Below the pieces are notes generated by a model, which worked only from the letters and a program-made list of their open reading frames with translations, was not told the origin of the DNA and did no database searches. A DNA stretch of 64,000 nt from Mytilus edulis (Eukaryota): positions 2,356,001 through 2,420,000 of the forward strand of contig NC_092347.1 of NCBI RefSeq assembly GCF_963676685.1. Direction: 5' to 3'. A program made the translations under genes and the position numbers. Positions 12,958-26,194 of the stretch are shown here, piece by piece (position 1 is the stretch's first letter; every line of letters begins with the position of its first letter).

Positions 12958-13530
12958 AAAAAAGAAGATGTTGTATGATTGCCAATGAGACAACTGTCCA
13001 CAAGAGACCACAATGACACAGACATTAACAACTATAGGTCACCGTACGGCCTTCAACAATCAGTAAAGCCCATACGGCATAGTAAGCTATAAAAGGCGCG
13101 ATATGACAATGTAAAACAATTCAAACGAGAAAACTAACGGCCGTATTAATATAAAAAAAAATAAAAAATAAAAAATAAACGATAAACAAATATGTAACAC
13201 ATAAACAAACGACAACCACTGAATTACAGGCTCCTGACTTGGGACAGACACAGATATAAAAAATGTGGCGGGGTTAAACATGTTAGCGGGATCCCAACCC
13301 TCCCTCACCTGGGACAGTGGTATAACAGTACAACATAAGCACGAACTATAAAAATCAGTTAAAAAAGGCTTAACTCATCAGATGGACAACAATACAAGTG
13401 GACGTGGCCTGGTACTTAAACATCCCGACTACAAAAGACACTAGAAAAAGATCTGAGAGTACTCGCAATTATCTGACAGCTGGTTCAAAGCCACTAACAA
13501 CTAATACAAAATATCATGCATCTAAGACTA
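12958..13530 (-). mobile_element. Non-coding retroposon 3' tail (family 3), sharing a core motif with the PLE family 1 UTR
   Basis: The aagaagatgt..gattgccaatgagacaact terminus recurs at ~47745..48020; contains ggctcctgacttgggacag...gcggggttaaacatgtt. Confidence 0.65.
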
Positions 13531-14334
13531 AACAGCTTGTCTCCGAATCCTATTATATTGTGAATAATCGGTTAATATGATAGTAACTCAAATGCACCGA
13601 AACTGAATCATTGTGAATGTCGGATAAGTTATTACAAGAAGATAATGTGAATATAAGGAATGTTATTTGTCTATTTTCATAATTATAGAAGTCTAATGTA
13701 ACATACAACCAAATGACCTTAATCAATTAAAGACAAACATACTATAAATAAGTGAAAAATACAAAAATAAGGAGATTGATTGATTTTCCACTGAACATAG
13801 ATACAATCATTGATAGATTTATATGCAGATAATTTTATACAAAATTTGAATGTTATAATGAAGATGACTGAAATCCTAACATTCAAAATGATATTTATTA
13901 AAGTGATAACTGGTGTTCTGAAATTGTATGAAACTAAATGCCAAAAATGTTAAATCAATGATAAATGGGATAAAACAGAGGCTTTATTCAACTGTGAACA
14001 GTTTAGATATCAATATTTCAGATGAATTATTAGACACTGTATATTGTGTAAAACTTCTTGGTTTATCTACCAACGATAACCTAAATTGGAATGAGCAAAT
14101 AGATAAAATAGTATGTTCAATATGGGATAGAATCAACTTATCACAACAGATACGATAGTATTTAGCATATGAATAAATGCTTATATTCTGCCATTGTTTG
14201 ATTATTCTTACCATATATGAGGTAGTTGTAATGAAAGTGGATACAATAAAATTGATAAGTTAAACTGCTTCATAACTAAAGATTTTTTAACCCTGTATAT
14301 CACCATTCCCCATGTGAAATAATAATTTTTTTGA

Positions 14335-14772
14335 ATATGCATTGAACGTCAAAATTTCGTCCCATGTGACGTTTACATTTCTGACGTCAAACACGCGAAG
14401 CAGTGAATGTGTTTTTCAATTTGATAGATGCTTTTTGTGCTTTTTTGTAAATATTGTTTGTTTTGAGATTGTAACACAGTGATGACTGCTGTAACCATAT
14501 TTTGACTACTTTATCTATTATGTCTGTTTTGTTCACGCATCATTGTAAATATAACTGAAGTTGATGCGAATGGCATACAAGTGAGAGGTTTAGCGCTATA
14601 AAACCAGGTTCAATCCACCAATTTTTACATTTGAAAATGCCTGAACGAAGTCATAAATATGACAGTTGTCCCATCGTTTGATGTGTTTTGTCAATTGAGT
14701 TTGCCATTTGATAAGGGACTTTCCGTTTTGAATTTTTCTCGGAGTTCAGTATTTTTCTATCTTTACTTTTTA
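14335..14772 (+). mobile_element. Interspersed repeat (family 4)
   Basis: Second copy at ~48420..48928; short tail remnants at ~21100..21210 and ~53430..53515. Confidence 0.65.
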
Positions 14773-16496
14773 TTAAAGAAACTTGAAAAGCTTTCGTAGA
14801 AGCTGACATAATGACATCTCTACTATTGTTTATAGTTTACATTGGTTGAATGTGGACAAAATATTCAATATCAAAAGGCAATACTTGTATCTAAATCATT
14901 AAGGGCTATAAATCCAACTATCTATAAGAAAACTTTTATTTTACAGATAATCAAAACAAACGTTTTGAAGAAAGCTTTTATATATTCTGGATTTCAAATA
15001 TGAAATAAATGATGAGAAATGCACACTTGTATCTCAAAGCAAAATTAAAATAAAATCACGAAGAAGGCCGATTAATTTGCTTTTTCATTAATATTTATGC
15101 ACAATTGTGCTATATGTATATTTTGTAAATTATCTTTAGGACTCTCATGAACATCAGTTTTATTGATTTATGTGATTATCTTCTTAAAATAAAAATTTTT
15201 GCCTCATTTTTTTTTTCATTGATTGCTGTTTAATGCAAATGTCAGCCCTAATGCCTATTGCGCTATTTGTAATATTCAGTTTATATTGATTGATTGCCAC
15301 TGACCCTACGGTAGATAAACTGACAACACTTAATCTTTATAAATAAATCCTTCAGACTTAGTTCATTCTCACAACCTTACACGTATCAAGTATCATAAAT
15401 TCATCCTAAATAATACCAAAGATTCACCAAATGACAGATTTCCAAAATAATTCCTTATTTTAGCGTAAGCTTAATCCTAAAACAGATCAAGTGTATGTTA
15501 TTTATATGTGACCTTGTAGAAAATAACTGTATCAATTAAACATATTTAGATATTTAAATATTCCTCTTACTGTTGTGGTTTCTATGAAGAGGTATTTTTC
15601 ACTTAAGTAGGATAATATTAAGAGATACCACAGATGTATTTATTTGATTGACATGTTGATCATTCACTTGATACACAGGCGGTCAACCCACTGGTTTAAA
15701 CCATTTTGTAAAATGTATATGTGTATGGGAATAACCTGTATGTTGTTAGCATTGCAAACTTAACTTAGAGTATACAGTCTGAAGTGATAAGCTGCGCATG
15801 TCAACAGTTAAACAGTTCAAAAGTCTAGCTCAATAACGCTAGTATATTATTGACCTAAAAAAAGTTCCTTTATAAATTGATGTAAATTAGACCCTTTATA
15901 ATAAAGATTTAATTAAAAATACTGTAATGTTTTTCCATTCAAATATGAGCGTAATGTACTCAAATTACAATTTTTAAATGTACATATAAAAGCCTAGTAT
16001 TCATTAAATTTAACAATTTACAACTCTTTTTAACTTTGGGTGTAGGAATAATAAGAGTTTCAAAAAAATCTCTTTAACTTTTATCGGCAGCATTTTTCTC
16101 TGTGAGAGTCTTCAATAATGAAGATACATATTAAATCTATTTACGACATCTTTTGACTATAGTTTGTCTTATGGAGAAAATTAAATCTTGACTGTACTTA
16201 TAAAAGTAACTCTGTACTACAACTGATTATAGTTGTCATACTTTTTTCCATGCGGTTATTTATATAAGTTGTAATTAAGTTTTATTATCATGATTACAGT
16301 GTACTTTACGCTCATTTTTGAATGGAAGGAAGATCTTATACTTAGTACCATATCTAATTACATCATCATTATAAAGGGTCTAATTCACATCAATTTATGT
16401 TAGGAATTTTCAGATTGATAACCTTTTATGAAAATACATTTTCTCCATTTAACTGTGGATCTTAAATATAAAATTGAGTTATTTGTTTCCAATGCA

Positions 16497-16617
16497 ATCT
16501 CCGGCGCAGAGTTCATATCCGTTCCATACATACTCCGCAATACTGCACTTAATATGACACATTAAGTGTCGTGTTACAAAGTATTGAACGGAACGGATAT
16601 GATCTCTGCGCCAGAAA
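16497..16617. mobile_element. Small palindromic MITE
   Basis: Arms ggcgcagagttcatatccgttcc / ggaacggatatgatctctgcgcc; flanked by direct repeats tgtttccaatgca / tgtttctaatgta. Confidence 0.7.
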
Positions 16618-16745
16618 TGTTTCTAATGTAGCATTTTAATTTTCTAATCCCTCTTAGTACAGACGTGTTAAATTTGTGGTGAGCTGATCTCGACAACTTT
16701 ACTTCTATAAGTGTTGAACTTTTGACCTCTGTCTGCTTAGAAGTC

Positions 16746-16866
16746 TTTACTACAATAATGCTGGTTTACTACTGAATTACTCCTTTAATATGTTCCCTCA
16801 CATTTACTACAATAATGCTGGTTTACTACTGAATTACTCCTTTAATGTGTTCCCTCACATTTACTA
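16746..16866. repeat. Tandem duplication of ~57 bp (2 copies)
   Basis: tttactacaataatgctggtttactactgaattactcctttaat(a/g)tgttccctcaca x2. Confidence 0.9.
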
Positions 16867-17717
16867 AATGGAATTAAAAGTGAGGTAAAAGATACCAAAT
16901 GGACCTTCAAACTGATCATAAGCCGTAAAAATAAACTGACGATGCCTTGGGAAAAAACCCACATACAAGTGCACACAAAGTACAACTTAAAATAATAAAA
17001 TGCTGACTGAAAATGATAATATGACTTTCTTTTATAGCTACGTATGTTACAGTTAAAACCAAAAGATATAATATCGAAAAAAAAACCAGTAATAGTTTAT
17101 TCTTGGTATACTAATATACAACCTTCATTAGAAAACTAAAAAAACATGAAGATCAATAGAATGTGGTTCCACAAAAGTCATTCATGATGAAATAAAAGCA
17201 TATAATAAAATAAAACTTAACAAAACAAAGAACAGAAGGCAAAAGCATAACGTTTCTTCCACCTACATTAGAAGAGGATATAAAAACAAAGTAAACAAAT
17301 TATGTCCAATTTATTCCTCCCTTAGTTGGAAGGTTATCTCAGTTCATTGTAAGTAGCATATGGAATTACAGCTCTCTAAACTGTATTTAGCTTTTACTTG
17401 CGACAATAAACCCCCATATGTCTACACATAAGTGGTAGTATTGTCAGTGAGAAGGGTCATTCAATTTCCCTTTTAAAACTTCCATTAACTAAACCAACAT
17501 TAAACAAGAGACATTGATTTGTACTTCAAAGTAATCTAGATATCACACAATATATTACATATATTAATAATCCAATTAAGTCTGTGAAATCATTTATGTA
17601 AAAGGTTTCAGATAGCTATAAACATCTTAAATCTTAAATAACGACACTGTAAAATATTAAGCTGAAAGTAATTACTGATAATTTTTTTTTTTTTTTTTTA
17701 AAGTTTTCACTTTTAGA

Positions 17718-17934
17718 TACTGTAAATTTAAATTATTGCGTACATTTATTATTGCAATTTTTAAAAAAAACGGACAATAATGGGAGTTTAGTTATTGCGA
17801 TTTCAGAAAATATCTACGTAGAGATCTATCTTTAAGTTATTAAAACTCGAGTTCTTATTATAGCGATCCTCACGTGCACGTAGTCACATTATTTGTCTTA
17901 ATAAAACCTGGCATTAATTTCTGAGTTTACAGTA
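17718..17934. mobile_element. Tc1/mariner-type MITE
   Basis: Termini tactgtaaa...tttacagta (TA TSD plus TIR), with imperfect extension of the TIR. Confidence 0.6.
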
Positions 17935-18110
17935 TCATTAGAGTTTTAAGAGACAGTCATATTTAAATACTGACTAGTTACAAAACAAATTTTAATTATT
18001 AAAGATACAAATCGATTTCCAATAATTACAGTTATCTGTGTAATTTCCATAGACTTATGATTTTTAACTTTTAAGTGACTATTTTTCTTACAAATTATTA
18101 TATCATTCTA

Positions 18111-19205
18111 AAGCCTCGATCACACATTAAAGGATAGCTCGAACGGATGCCGATAGCTATTTTTTTCAATCCGTCCATGTCCATCAGACGACCGTTCTTA
18201 TCCGTGAGACGTCCGTCCATATCCGTTTAATCTTTGTTTAACGTACGTTTTCTCCGTCGACGTCCATTCTGTCCGGTGGAAAATTTTGAGCATATTCTAA
18301 ACTTTGAACGGACGTCCGACGCATACATGTCAAGTGACATGATATTCGCGTGTAATACACGCTTTTTCAACGGTTTACACGCGAGGATTTTGTCACATGG
18401 CGTGTACACGCTTTTCACCACTTTACACGCAATTACTCCGACGGATGGAGGATTCCGTTGAACATCCGGTAGGCGTTCGTCTTGTATGGTACAAGTCCGT
18501 TTCGTTTACGTTTTGTATCCGTTACTTGTCCGTTATACATCCGTTGGAGATCTAGTAGACAAATTCAGAAACGGACTTCTACTGGACGCTTAATGGATAA
18601 AACGGATGTTGAAAGAATGTGAAACGGACTTTTACCGGAAGTATGACGGATAAAATGGATGATGAACGGATCTGAAACGGATAAATACCAATTGAAAAAT
18701 TCGCTAAAGAATCGCCAATCATTGGTATGTCAAATTTCTTGAGTGTCGTATATTCATATTATTCATAAGCGATCTTAGAGTAAGGGCACGTATTTACTAT
18801 CAGCTGTTATTTAGGCCAGACACTACCCTTTGGCGGCATCCAGAACAAACCAAAATCAGATACACAGAATTTTTTGAATATTTTTGCGATTTACATGTAT
18901 TATTATTGTCGTGTTTAATTTTCCGTATATCTTGGTTATCCGTTTCATACGGTACGCTTCCGTTATGTGTCCGTTTTATGCGGTACTCATCCGTTGGATG
19001 TTCGTTCGACATCCGTTCTGTCCGTTATGTTTCAATATTTTGAACATCGCATGTCCGGTGTGTGTCCGTTTTGCATTCGTTACGCGTCCGTTTTATTTGG
19101 TCAGTACATCAACGGACTCCCAACGGATAACAATTTTCTCAACGGACAACTTTTATTTTCATCAGTTAAGCATCCGTTCGTGCTATCCGGAAAGGTCTGA
19201 CCGCT
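18111..19205. mobile_element. Non-autonomous DNA transposon (PIF/Harbinger-like) rich in TCCGTT/AACGGA motifs
   Basis: Imperfect TIRs cgatcacacattaaaggatagctcgaacggatgc / gcatccgttcgtgctatccggaaaggtctgaccg; second partial copy from ~27985. Confidence 0.65.
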
Positions 19206-19208
19206 TTT

Positions 19209-20473
19209 TTCAATTCAATTCAATTCAAAGTTTTATTTAGAGTCGATATTCAATAAACTACATAACACAAGCTCTAGTGAGCTTTTCAAATCGACTTAAT
19301 AACAAAATACAATACACACACACACAATACACACATACAAAAGTCATGAAAACAACACAATTTTATAATGCATAGCAAGATACCATAATGCAATATATAA
19401 GTTAAAAGCATATAGTACACCTAAAACATAGCACAAGTTAATAATAAGATTGCACAAATCAAATAGTCACACAGAAAATAAAAGTAAAATAAAACAGGCA
19501 TAAACACTATATGCATGCACTGCACTGACATGAGCTGTTACTTGGATCCCATGTTTGTACCAATTTTTTGAATTGGTCGAAAGATGTTTCCACTCGACAA
19601 TGGTTCGGTAGCTCATTCCAGATTTGTGCAGCATTATAGCGAAATGATCTTAAGCCATATTTAGTAGTTCGAACTCTTGGGAGTACTGCTGTTTCTTGTG
19701 ATCTTAAATCATACTTGTTAATTTTTATATCAATCAAATCAAGAAGGTAGCTCGGACTTTTTTGGTGAATTATTTTAAATGTTTCTATTGCAATTGTTTT
19801 TATTCTTCCTATTTTTAAAGATGGTAATTTAGATTTTTCTAGCAATTTTTTGTAAGGAATATCATAATCTTCATAAATGAATCTTAGAGCTCTTTCTTGA
19901 ATTTTTTCCCATTTTAAAAGATTTTTTTTCACTACAGTAGTGCCAAATTACTGTACAATAGTTAAAGTTCGAAAGTATGAATGAGTAGTATGCTGTTAAC
20001 CTACCTAGCCTGTTTAATTATTTTCCCATACGTTTTAGAATATTTAATTGTCTTGATGCCTTTTTACATATTTCAGAAATATGATTGTTAAAATTTAAGT
20101 CCGAATCTATAGTTATTCCAAGAAGTTTAACATTTTCTTCACAAGAAATTTTATTTCCATTTAAATTAAATATCAAATTATGTTTATTTGTTTTTTTCCC
20201 AATGGCTATAGCCTGGATTTTGTCAGGATTAGCCTTCATTAAATTTATAGAAAACCAGTTTATTAGATTTAAACTATCAGTTTCTAAACTTTCAACAACT
20301 TTATCTAAATTGTGATCACTGTATGATACAGTGTTGTCATCAGCATAATTATAAATGGTGCTTTTTTGTACAAAATGAAATATGTCATTTATGAAGACAT
20401 TGAAAAGAACAGGACCAAGAATTGACCCTTGTGGTACGCCTTTAAACATACGGTCCCATTCGCTGGTTAACAT
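19209..20473 (-). mobile_element. 5'-truncated LINE (CR1/L2 type), RT C-terminal half, frameshifted
   Basis: GVPQGSILGPVLF, YADD and LLGITIDSDLNF motifs; ends with AATAAA followed by a (TTGAA)n tail. Confidence 0.9.
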
Positions 20474-21450
20474 TCATCAGGCATTTGTCATTTTAGAGTC
20501 TTTTATGTTGTCATTTGCTGCAATTTGTAAGTACATGAACCAAGGCTTTAATTATATCTAAGGTTACTGTAGTTTGACCAAATAGAGTCATTTATATAGA
20601 CACACAAAAATCTTAAAAATTTCAGTCAATTGACCAATATGACTAAAACTTGTTCTTTTTAACAATTCAAAGGCCAAAATAAAACTATTGTCCTTAATAG
20701 CCTGTGTTTCGACAGAAGACTAGCAAAGATTTAGTTTGCAGTTTGGGCATTTATCTGTAGAAAACTTTGTATTTACAGATAAATGTCAAATCCGAGTGTG
20801 AACCACCTAAAACTATGTTACACATCCATAAGTTTTTGCTACCGCATTAAAATTGACTCTGCGAATTATGCAAAGACAGCATAACAAATATGTTAACATA
20901 TGAATAATTAAATCTATTTTGGTGTTCATAATATGATGGAACAAATGATAATGTCAACTCCTACAGAACAAAAAAAAACTATAAACCAAACTAGTAATCA
21001 TTTTCTTGTATAACCTCCACCATGTCTTTAAAACTATCTGATCAACGTACAATATGATCTATTAAATAACCTAACTAATCACCGAAGGATGTTCTATACT
21101 CTGTTATCCATTCGTTTGATGTGTTTGAGCTTTTTATTTTGCCATTTAATTTGAGACTTTCCGTTTTGAATTTTCGTCGGTTTTCAGTATTTTTTGTGAA
21201 TTGACTTTTTTCATAATAACAAGCTTTTTAAAAGTCTGTTAAAAATTGATACATATAAAAAAACTGCTGAGACCATCTATGTAAATCAAAGAAACAGAGA
21301 TGTAATTACAACATGCTGACAATTCAAGTCAACTTGATACACTTTTAAGGAAGATGTAATTATTTTCGTTTCTCATCGTTTTTAATTTTTGATATATAAT
21401 CATCAAAAGAGAGGCGAAAGATACCAAAGTACATTCTAGCTTATAAGTTA

Positions 21451-21800
21451 GTTTAAATATTTATTTATAGTGGATTGGAAAACAAGTTTTGCAACTTATA
21501 TTAATCCCTTTCCACTTTGCGGGTGCGAGTGCTGCCTTGTAGCGGCATTAGCCTGCTCTTTTTTCGAAATCTACAAGGATGTCTTTAACGTGCAAGAAAT
21601 ATGGCTCTCTCTTAACACGGGTCAGCAATTTATCGTCCCCTTCCGACGGACTATCATCGTTTCCTCAAGACCATACTCGCAAATGGTGTCAAAGGAAAGC
21701 CGAAAATTCAGTCCCTGAAATTTTCATCCCAAACGGGAATCGAACCAGGAACCTTTGTGATAGTATTCCGATGCACTAAGCACTACACCACGGCACTGAA
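21451..21800 (-). mobile_element. tRNA-derived SINE with a Deu/Nin-like central domain
   Basis: Head with A box tggtgtagtg and B box ggttcgattcc; central gcacgttaaagacatcc...tcgaaaaaagagcagg; 11-bp TSD cttataagtta; inserted in a PLE family 2 tail remnant. Confidence 0.8.
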
Positions 21801-23009
21801 CTTATAAGTTAAAAATAAACTGAGAACACCCTCCTCAATTGACTTTTGTGTTTTTTATGAAAAGGAAAATAAAAGCTCGCTCATATGGCATATGATAAGT
21901 TAAAGTCACAACAAGTCTCAAGTCAATATATGTCCTATGTAAGTTGACCGCTATAGTTCAGAGTAATGAATTTCAAACTGAATAATTGTTTGGATACATT
22001 CTTTCATTTCTTTTTTTTTTTCTTATTGTGTACAAATCTTTGTTTTGGACAGTATACACTTTATAAGATTATGTTAATTATGTATGTGTCTTTGAGTTCT
22101 TTTTTTTTTACAATGCTTTGACAGTTAACAAATTTTTAGATTGATAAAGATGACTAAATCTGCATTTTGATTGATTTTGACAAATTGTGGTTATATATAT
22201 ATTCCAATAATGACTCCGACTATTTTTTAAACTAGTTTTAATTGTGTATATTCCTATGTGTTTGTTATTCTACATGGTATAAAGGTATAATGAGTGATTA
22301 CATCTCATAAAACAAAATTGACCCCACTCAATTCATGCACATGTCCCCAATCAAAACCTCTTGCCTTTGAGAGTAGTATGTACTTTTTAATTTTAGTTCT
22401 ATTAAATGTTTCTGCGTGAAGAGATTGTTTCATTTTGACCAACTAGTATACATCATATTTTGGAGCCAGATGAAGTCCCCCTGCAGGTGCCGTGATGTCT
22501 TACAATGTTGAAGACCCTTAAGTAGCCTTGAGTTGATTTCTGCTCTTTAATAAGATTGTTGTCTTTTTTGTTTTTAACCTTTTGAGTGAAATAAATTCAA
22601 CGGAAATTGGCGCTACTTTGCAGATTTTTTTCCAAATGACTTGTTTAACCTTAAACAACATAATATGAAGGTTTCCAGCCAAGGTTTTTCACACTTTGTT
22701 ATTAGACTTTTGTACTTTTCTATTCCATGATTGCCCATTAACTTATTAAAGATCAATACAATGTTATCCAGTAGGATGAAACCCTGCTTGTATTGTACTG
22801 AACCGACTGTCATTGTAATATACTGCTGACAAAAACCTAAATGGACTTCATTGATAGCAACAAATGGGTTGTCTTAAGCATTCATGATCAAATGGTTTAC
22901 AATGAAATAAGGTTTAATTGGTAAACAAAATGCTCTTGTACAAAAATTATAACAATGCTAGCTCACTTTTATTTTCTGTAAAGAGTAACACACACACTAA
23001 TTGTTAATG

Positions 23010-23118
23010 CGTACTATTGTTTGTCTGTTTGTATTTTTCATTTTTAGCTATGGCGTTGTGAGTTTATTTTCGATTTATGAGTTTGACTGTCCCTCTGGTA
23101 TCTTTCGTCCCTCTTTTT
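23010..23118 (+). mobile_element. 3' tail fragment of PLE family 2
   Basis: gtactattgtttgtctg...ggtatctttcgtccctctttt. Confidence 0.8.
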
Positions 23119-24096
23119 GAATTGAATGCATACACAACTGTACACGAGTTGCTATGGATATAGTAACTATTGCAACTGCATGGCAACTGGGAACTATTAA
23201 TTAAGGTATATATCACAGTTTAATGGGGCATAACTGCAAAACAACTAAGATAAATTCAGTCGACCACTGTTTAGTAAACCCTAAATATGGGTCAATGCTG
23301 AAATTGCCATATATGTATAACTAATCAATGTAGACCGTTTATGTTGTTGCAATTATATGAAAGTGGTAAATGTTATGTCGTTGATGTTCTAAGATTTTGG
23401 TTGAAAACTGTAGGAGATGATGAACCCTAAGTTAATGCCTACTTTAACACACTTTCAATTAAGTAAGCAGTAATCATTTTTGTTAAACAGATGAAAGAAG
23501 ATGTTGGGTATACTCCCTTTGGTCATTCAATATATATAAGCTCATATAATATAGGCCAATAGCAGTTAATCTAACTTTAAAATTGAGAAAGGAAATGGTG
23601 AATATGTCAAAGCGACAACCACCCGACCATAGAGCAAACAACAGCCGAAGGCAACCAATGGGTCTTCAATGTAGCGAGGATTCCCGCACCCGTAGGTGTC
23701 CTTCAGCTGGCCCCTAAAATATGCATAATAGTACAGTGATAATGGACGTCATACTAAACTCCGAATTATACACAAGAAACTAAAATTTAAAATCATACAA
23801 GACTAACAAAGGCCAGAGGCTCCTGACTTGGGACAGGCGCAAAATTGCGGCGGGGTTAAACATGTTTATGAGATCTCAACCCTCCCCCTATACCTCTAGC
23901 CAATGTAGAAAAGTAAAAGAATAACAATACGCACATTAAAATTCAGTTCAAGAGAAGTCCGAGTCTGATGTCAAAAGATGTAACAAAAGAAAATAAATAA
24001 AATGACAATAATACATAAATAACAACAGACTACTAGCAGTTAACTGACAAGCCAGCTACAGACCTCAATTAAACTGATTGAAAGATTATGTCTTCA

Positions 24097-24163
24097 TCAT
24101 ATGAATATCAGGTACAATCCCTCCCGTTAGGGGTTTAGTATCATACTATCATAAAATATATGA
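24097..24163 (-). promoter_or_regulatory. SECIS element (form 2)
   Basis: Minus strand tcatat-atttt-ATGAT-agtatgatact-AAA-cccc-taac-ggg-a-gggattgtacc-TGAT-attc-atatga: helix I, AUGA/GA core, ~11-bp helix II, apical AAA and mini-helix. Confidence 0.85.
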
Positions 24164-24216
24164 GAAGAACATAACCCGTGTCATGCCAACAACTGTTTTT
24201 TTAGAAATAAATGTGT

Positions 24217-26193
24217 TTAGTTCCGATGCAAAGACCCTATCAGTGAATCAATGTTAAAGCCAAAATATGCAATCTTTAATGACCTGACAACAGTATCGTA
24301 ACTATATCCCCTTTTAATAAGTCTATTTAAAGGTTTTGTTAGTTTCTGAGGAGAATACTGACATTTTTGTGCTTTATAAAGAATATTTCCATAAAATTTT
24401 GGATGTGAAATACCTGAACGTATAAGATGTCTGCATGTTGAGTTATATTTACGATTTATTTCCTTATACCGGTGATAAAATTTAGTAAATGTTTTGACCA
24501 GTTTGTGATATCGAAAACCCTGGTGTAATAATTTTTCAGTAATACATAAATTTCTCTCGCTAAAATCTAATACATTGTTACATACACGAGCGAATCGTAC
24601 AAGTTGAGATATATAAACACCATAAGATGGTAACAAGGGAACGTCACCATCTAAAAATGGATAATTAACAATAGGAAATGAAAAATCATCTCTTTTATCA
24701 TAAATTTTTGTATTAAGCTTCCCGTTTATGATATAGATATCAAGATCGAGGAAAGGGCAGTGGTCATTGTTATCATTAGCTTTATTTAAAGTAAGTTCTA
24801 CAGGATAAATTTCTTTAGTATACATACTGAAGTCGTCATTATTTAGAGCCAATATATCATCCAAATATCTAAAAGTATTGTTAAATTTTTGTATCAAATG
24901 TTGTTTTGATGGGTCTTTGCTAATTTTAGTCATAAATTGTAACTCATAACAATACAAAAACAGGTCCGCAATAAGTGGTGCACAGTTAGTCCCTATTGGA
25001 ATTCCAATAACTTGACGATATACGGAATCTCCAAAGCGAACAAAAATGTTATCAAGTAAAAATTCAAGTGCATAAATAGTATCAAAGCATGTCCAATTGA
25101 CATAGTTCTTTTGTTTATTGCTACTAAAAAATGATCTAAAAGAGTTTGAACATATGTACTCGCATTCCGACTTTTTAAATGCCCAGTTAATTAGGGATGT
25201 GAATTTTTTTTTAATAAGAATATGAGGTAAAGTGGTATATAGGGTAGAAAAATCAAAACTTTGAACAGATTCAAAATCACCAATATATGCATGCAATTTA
25301 TCAAGTACTTCCAACGAGTTTTTGACACTCCAAAAGTAATTAATTCCACTATTTTCAAAGGCCTTATTTGAACAATTTATTATCAGGTTTTTTATTGTAC
25401 CAAGTGTACTAGTAAGTAAAACAGACAATTTAGTAGTTGAACAATGGCTGGAAGATGAAATAAATCTATATTTGTAAGGTTTTTTGTGCAGCTTCGGAAG
25501 CCAGTACATAGTTGGGACTTTCATTGTGTTTGGTTCTGCTTGTAAAGAAGTAGCTAAAAGTTTATGTTTGTTACAGATGTCGTTTTCTGAAAATGAAGTC
25601 AGTTGGAATGTTGGTGAATTCGTGATTTTCTTTTGCAGAACCTCTATATAAAATTTACGTCAAACAATAATGATATTATTAGCAGCTTTATCAGCCGGGA
25701 CAAAAACAAATTCCTTGGCTAGTTCTGTTAGTTTATTTTTGATACGCGAAATAGGGTTTTTATAGTTTTTGTTGAGGGTAAAATGTTCTTTAAAATGTTG
25801 TATTCGAATATCAACTATCTTCATTACTGAATTAAAAAAAGAGTCCAAAGATTTTTTGTCAGCTTTTTCCCGTTTTACCCATTTCAAACAGTAGGCGCGG
25901 AGTGAGTCGTTGATGATATTACGACACTCATTCCAGTTAATAGTTGACGGGGGACGATATTTAGGTCCTTTACTGAGGAATGATTTTAACTCTCGGTCGC
26001 GAACGATGTTAAGGTCTCCTGTTATAACATGGGAAATTGGTCCATAGGTGTATTCTGAATTACTGCAATTACACGACATAGGTGTATTTTCAGTGATATT
26101 TACATCTTTACACAATTGGCTATAATTAAACACATATTTTCGGGTAGATTTCTTGTAAATATAACAAATGAGAGGGAGTTCAGTATTATCAAA
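24217..26193 (-). CDS. PLE reverse transcriptase, 658 aa if the TGA at 25660..25662 is read as Sec; N-terminus missing
   Basis: YWLPKLHK, FDFSTLYT, GIPIGTNCAP, FRYLDD, FLDL and YDKRDDF motifs. The 45 codons between the TGA and the ATG at 25524 are open and in frame. No C-terminal GIY-YIG domain. Confidence 0.85.
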
Positions 26194-26194
26194 A

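Larger units (their letters stand above)
10100..15450 (+). repeat. Segmental duplication copy 2
   Basis: Colinear with 1..5300 (see that feature). Confidence 0.85.

Noticed and set aside
13350-13390. CTGATGAG on the minus strand as a hammerhead
   Set aside because: No GAAA or stem III follows.
21725-21795. tRNA gene
   Set aside because: It is the head of a SINE flanked by an 11-bp TSD, and the cloverleaf is decayed.
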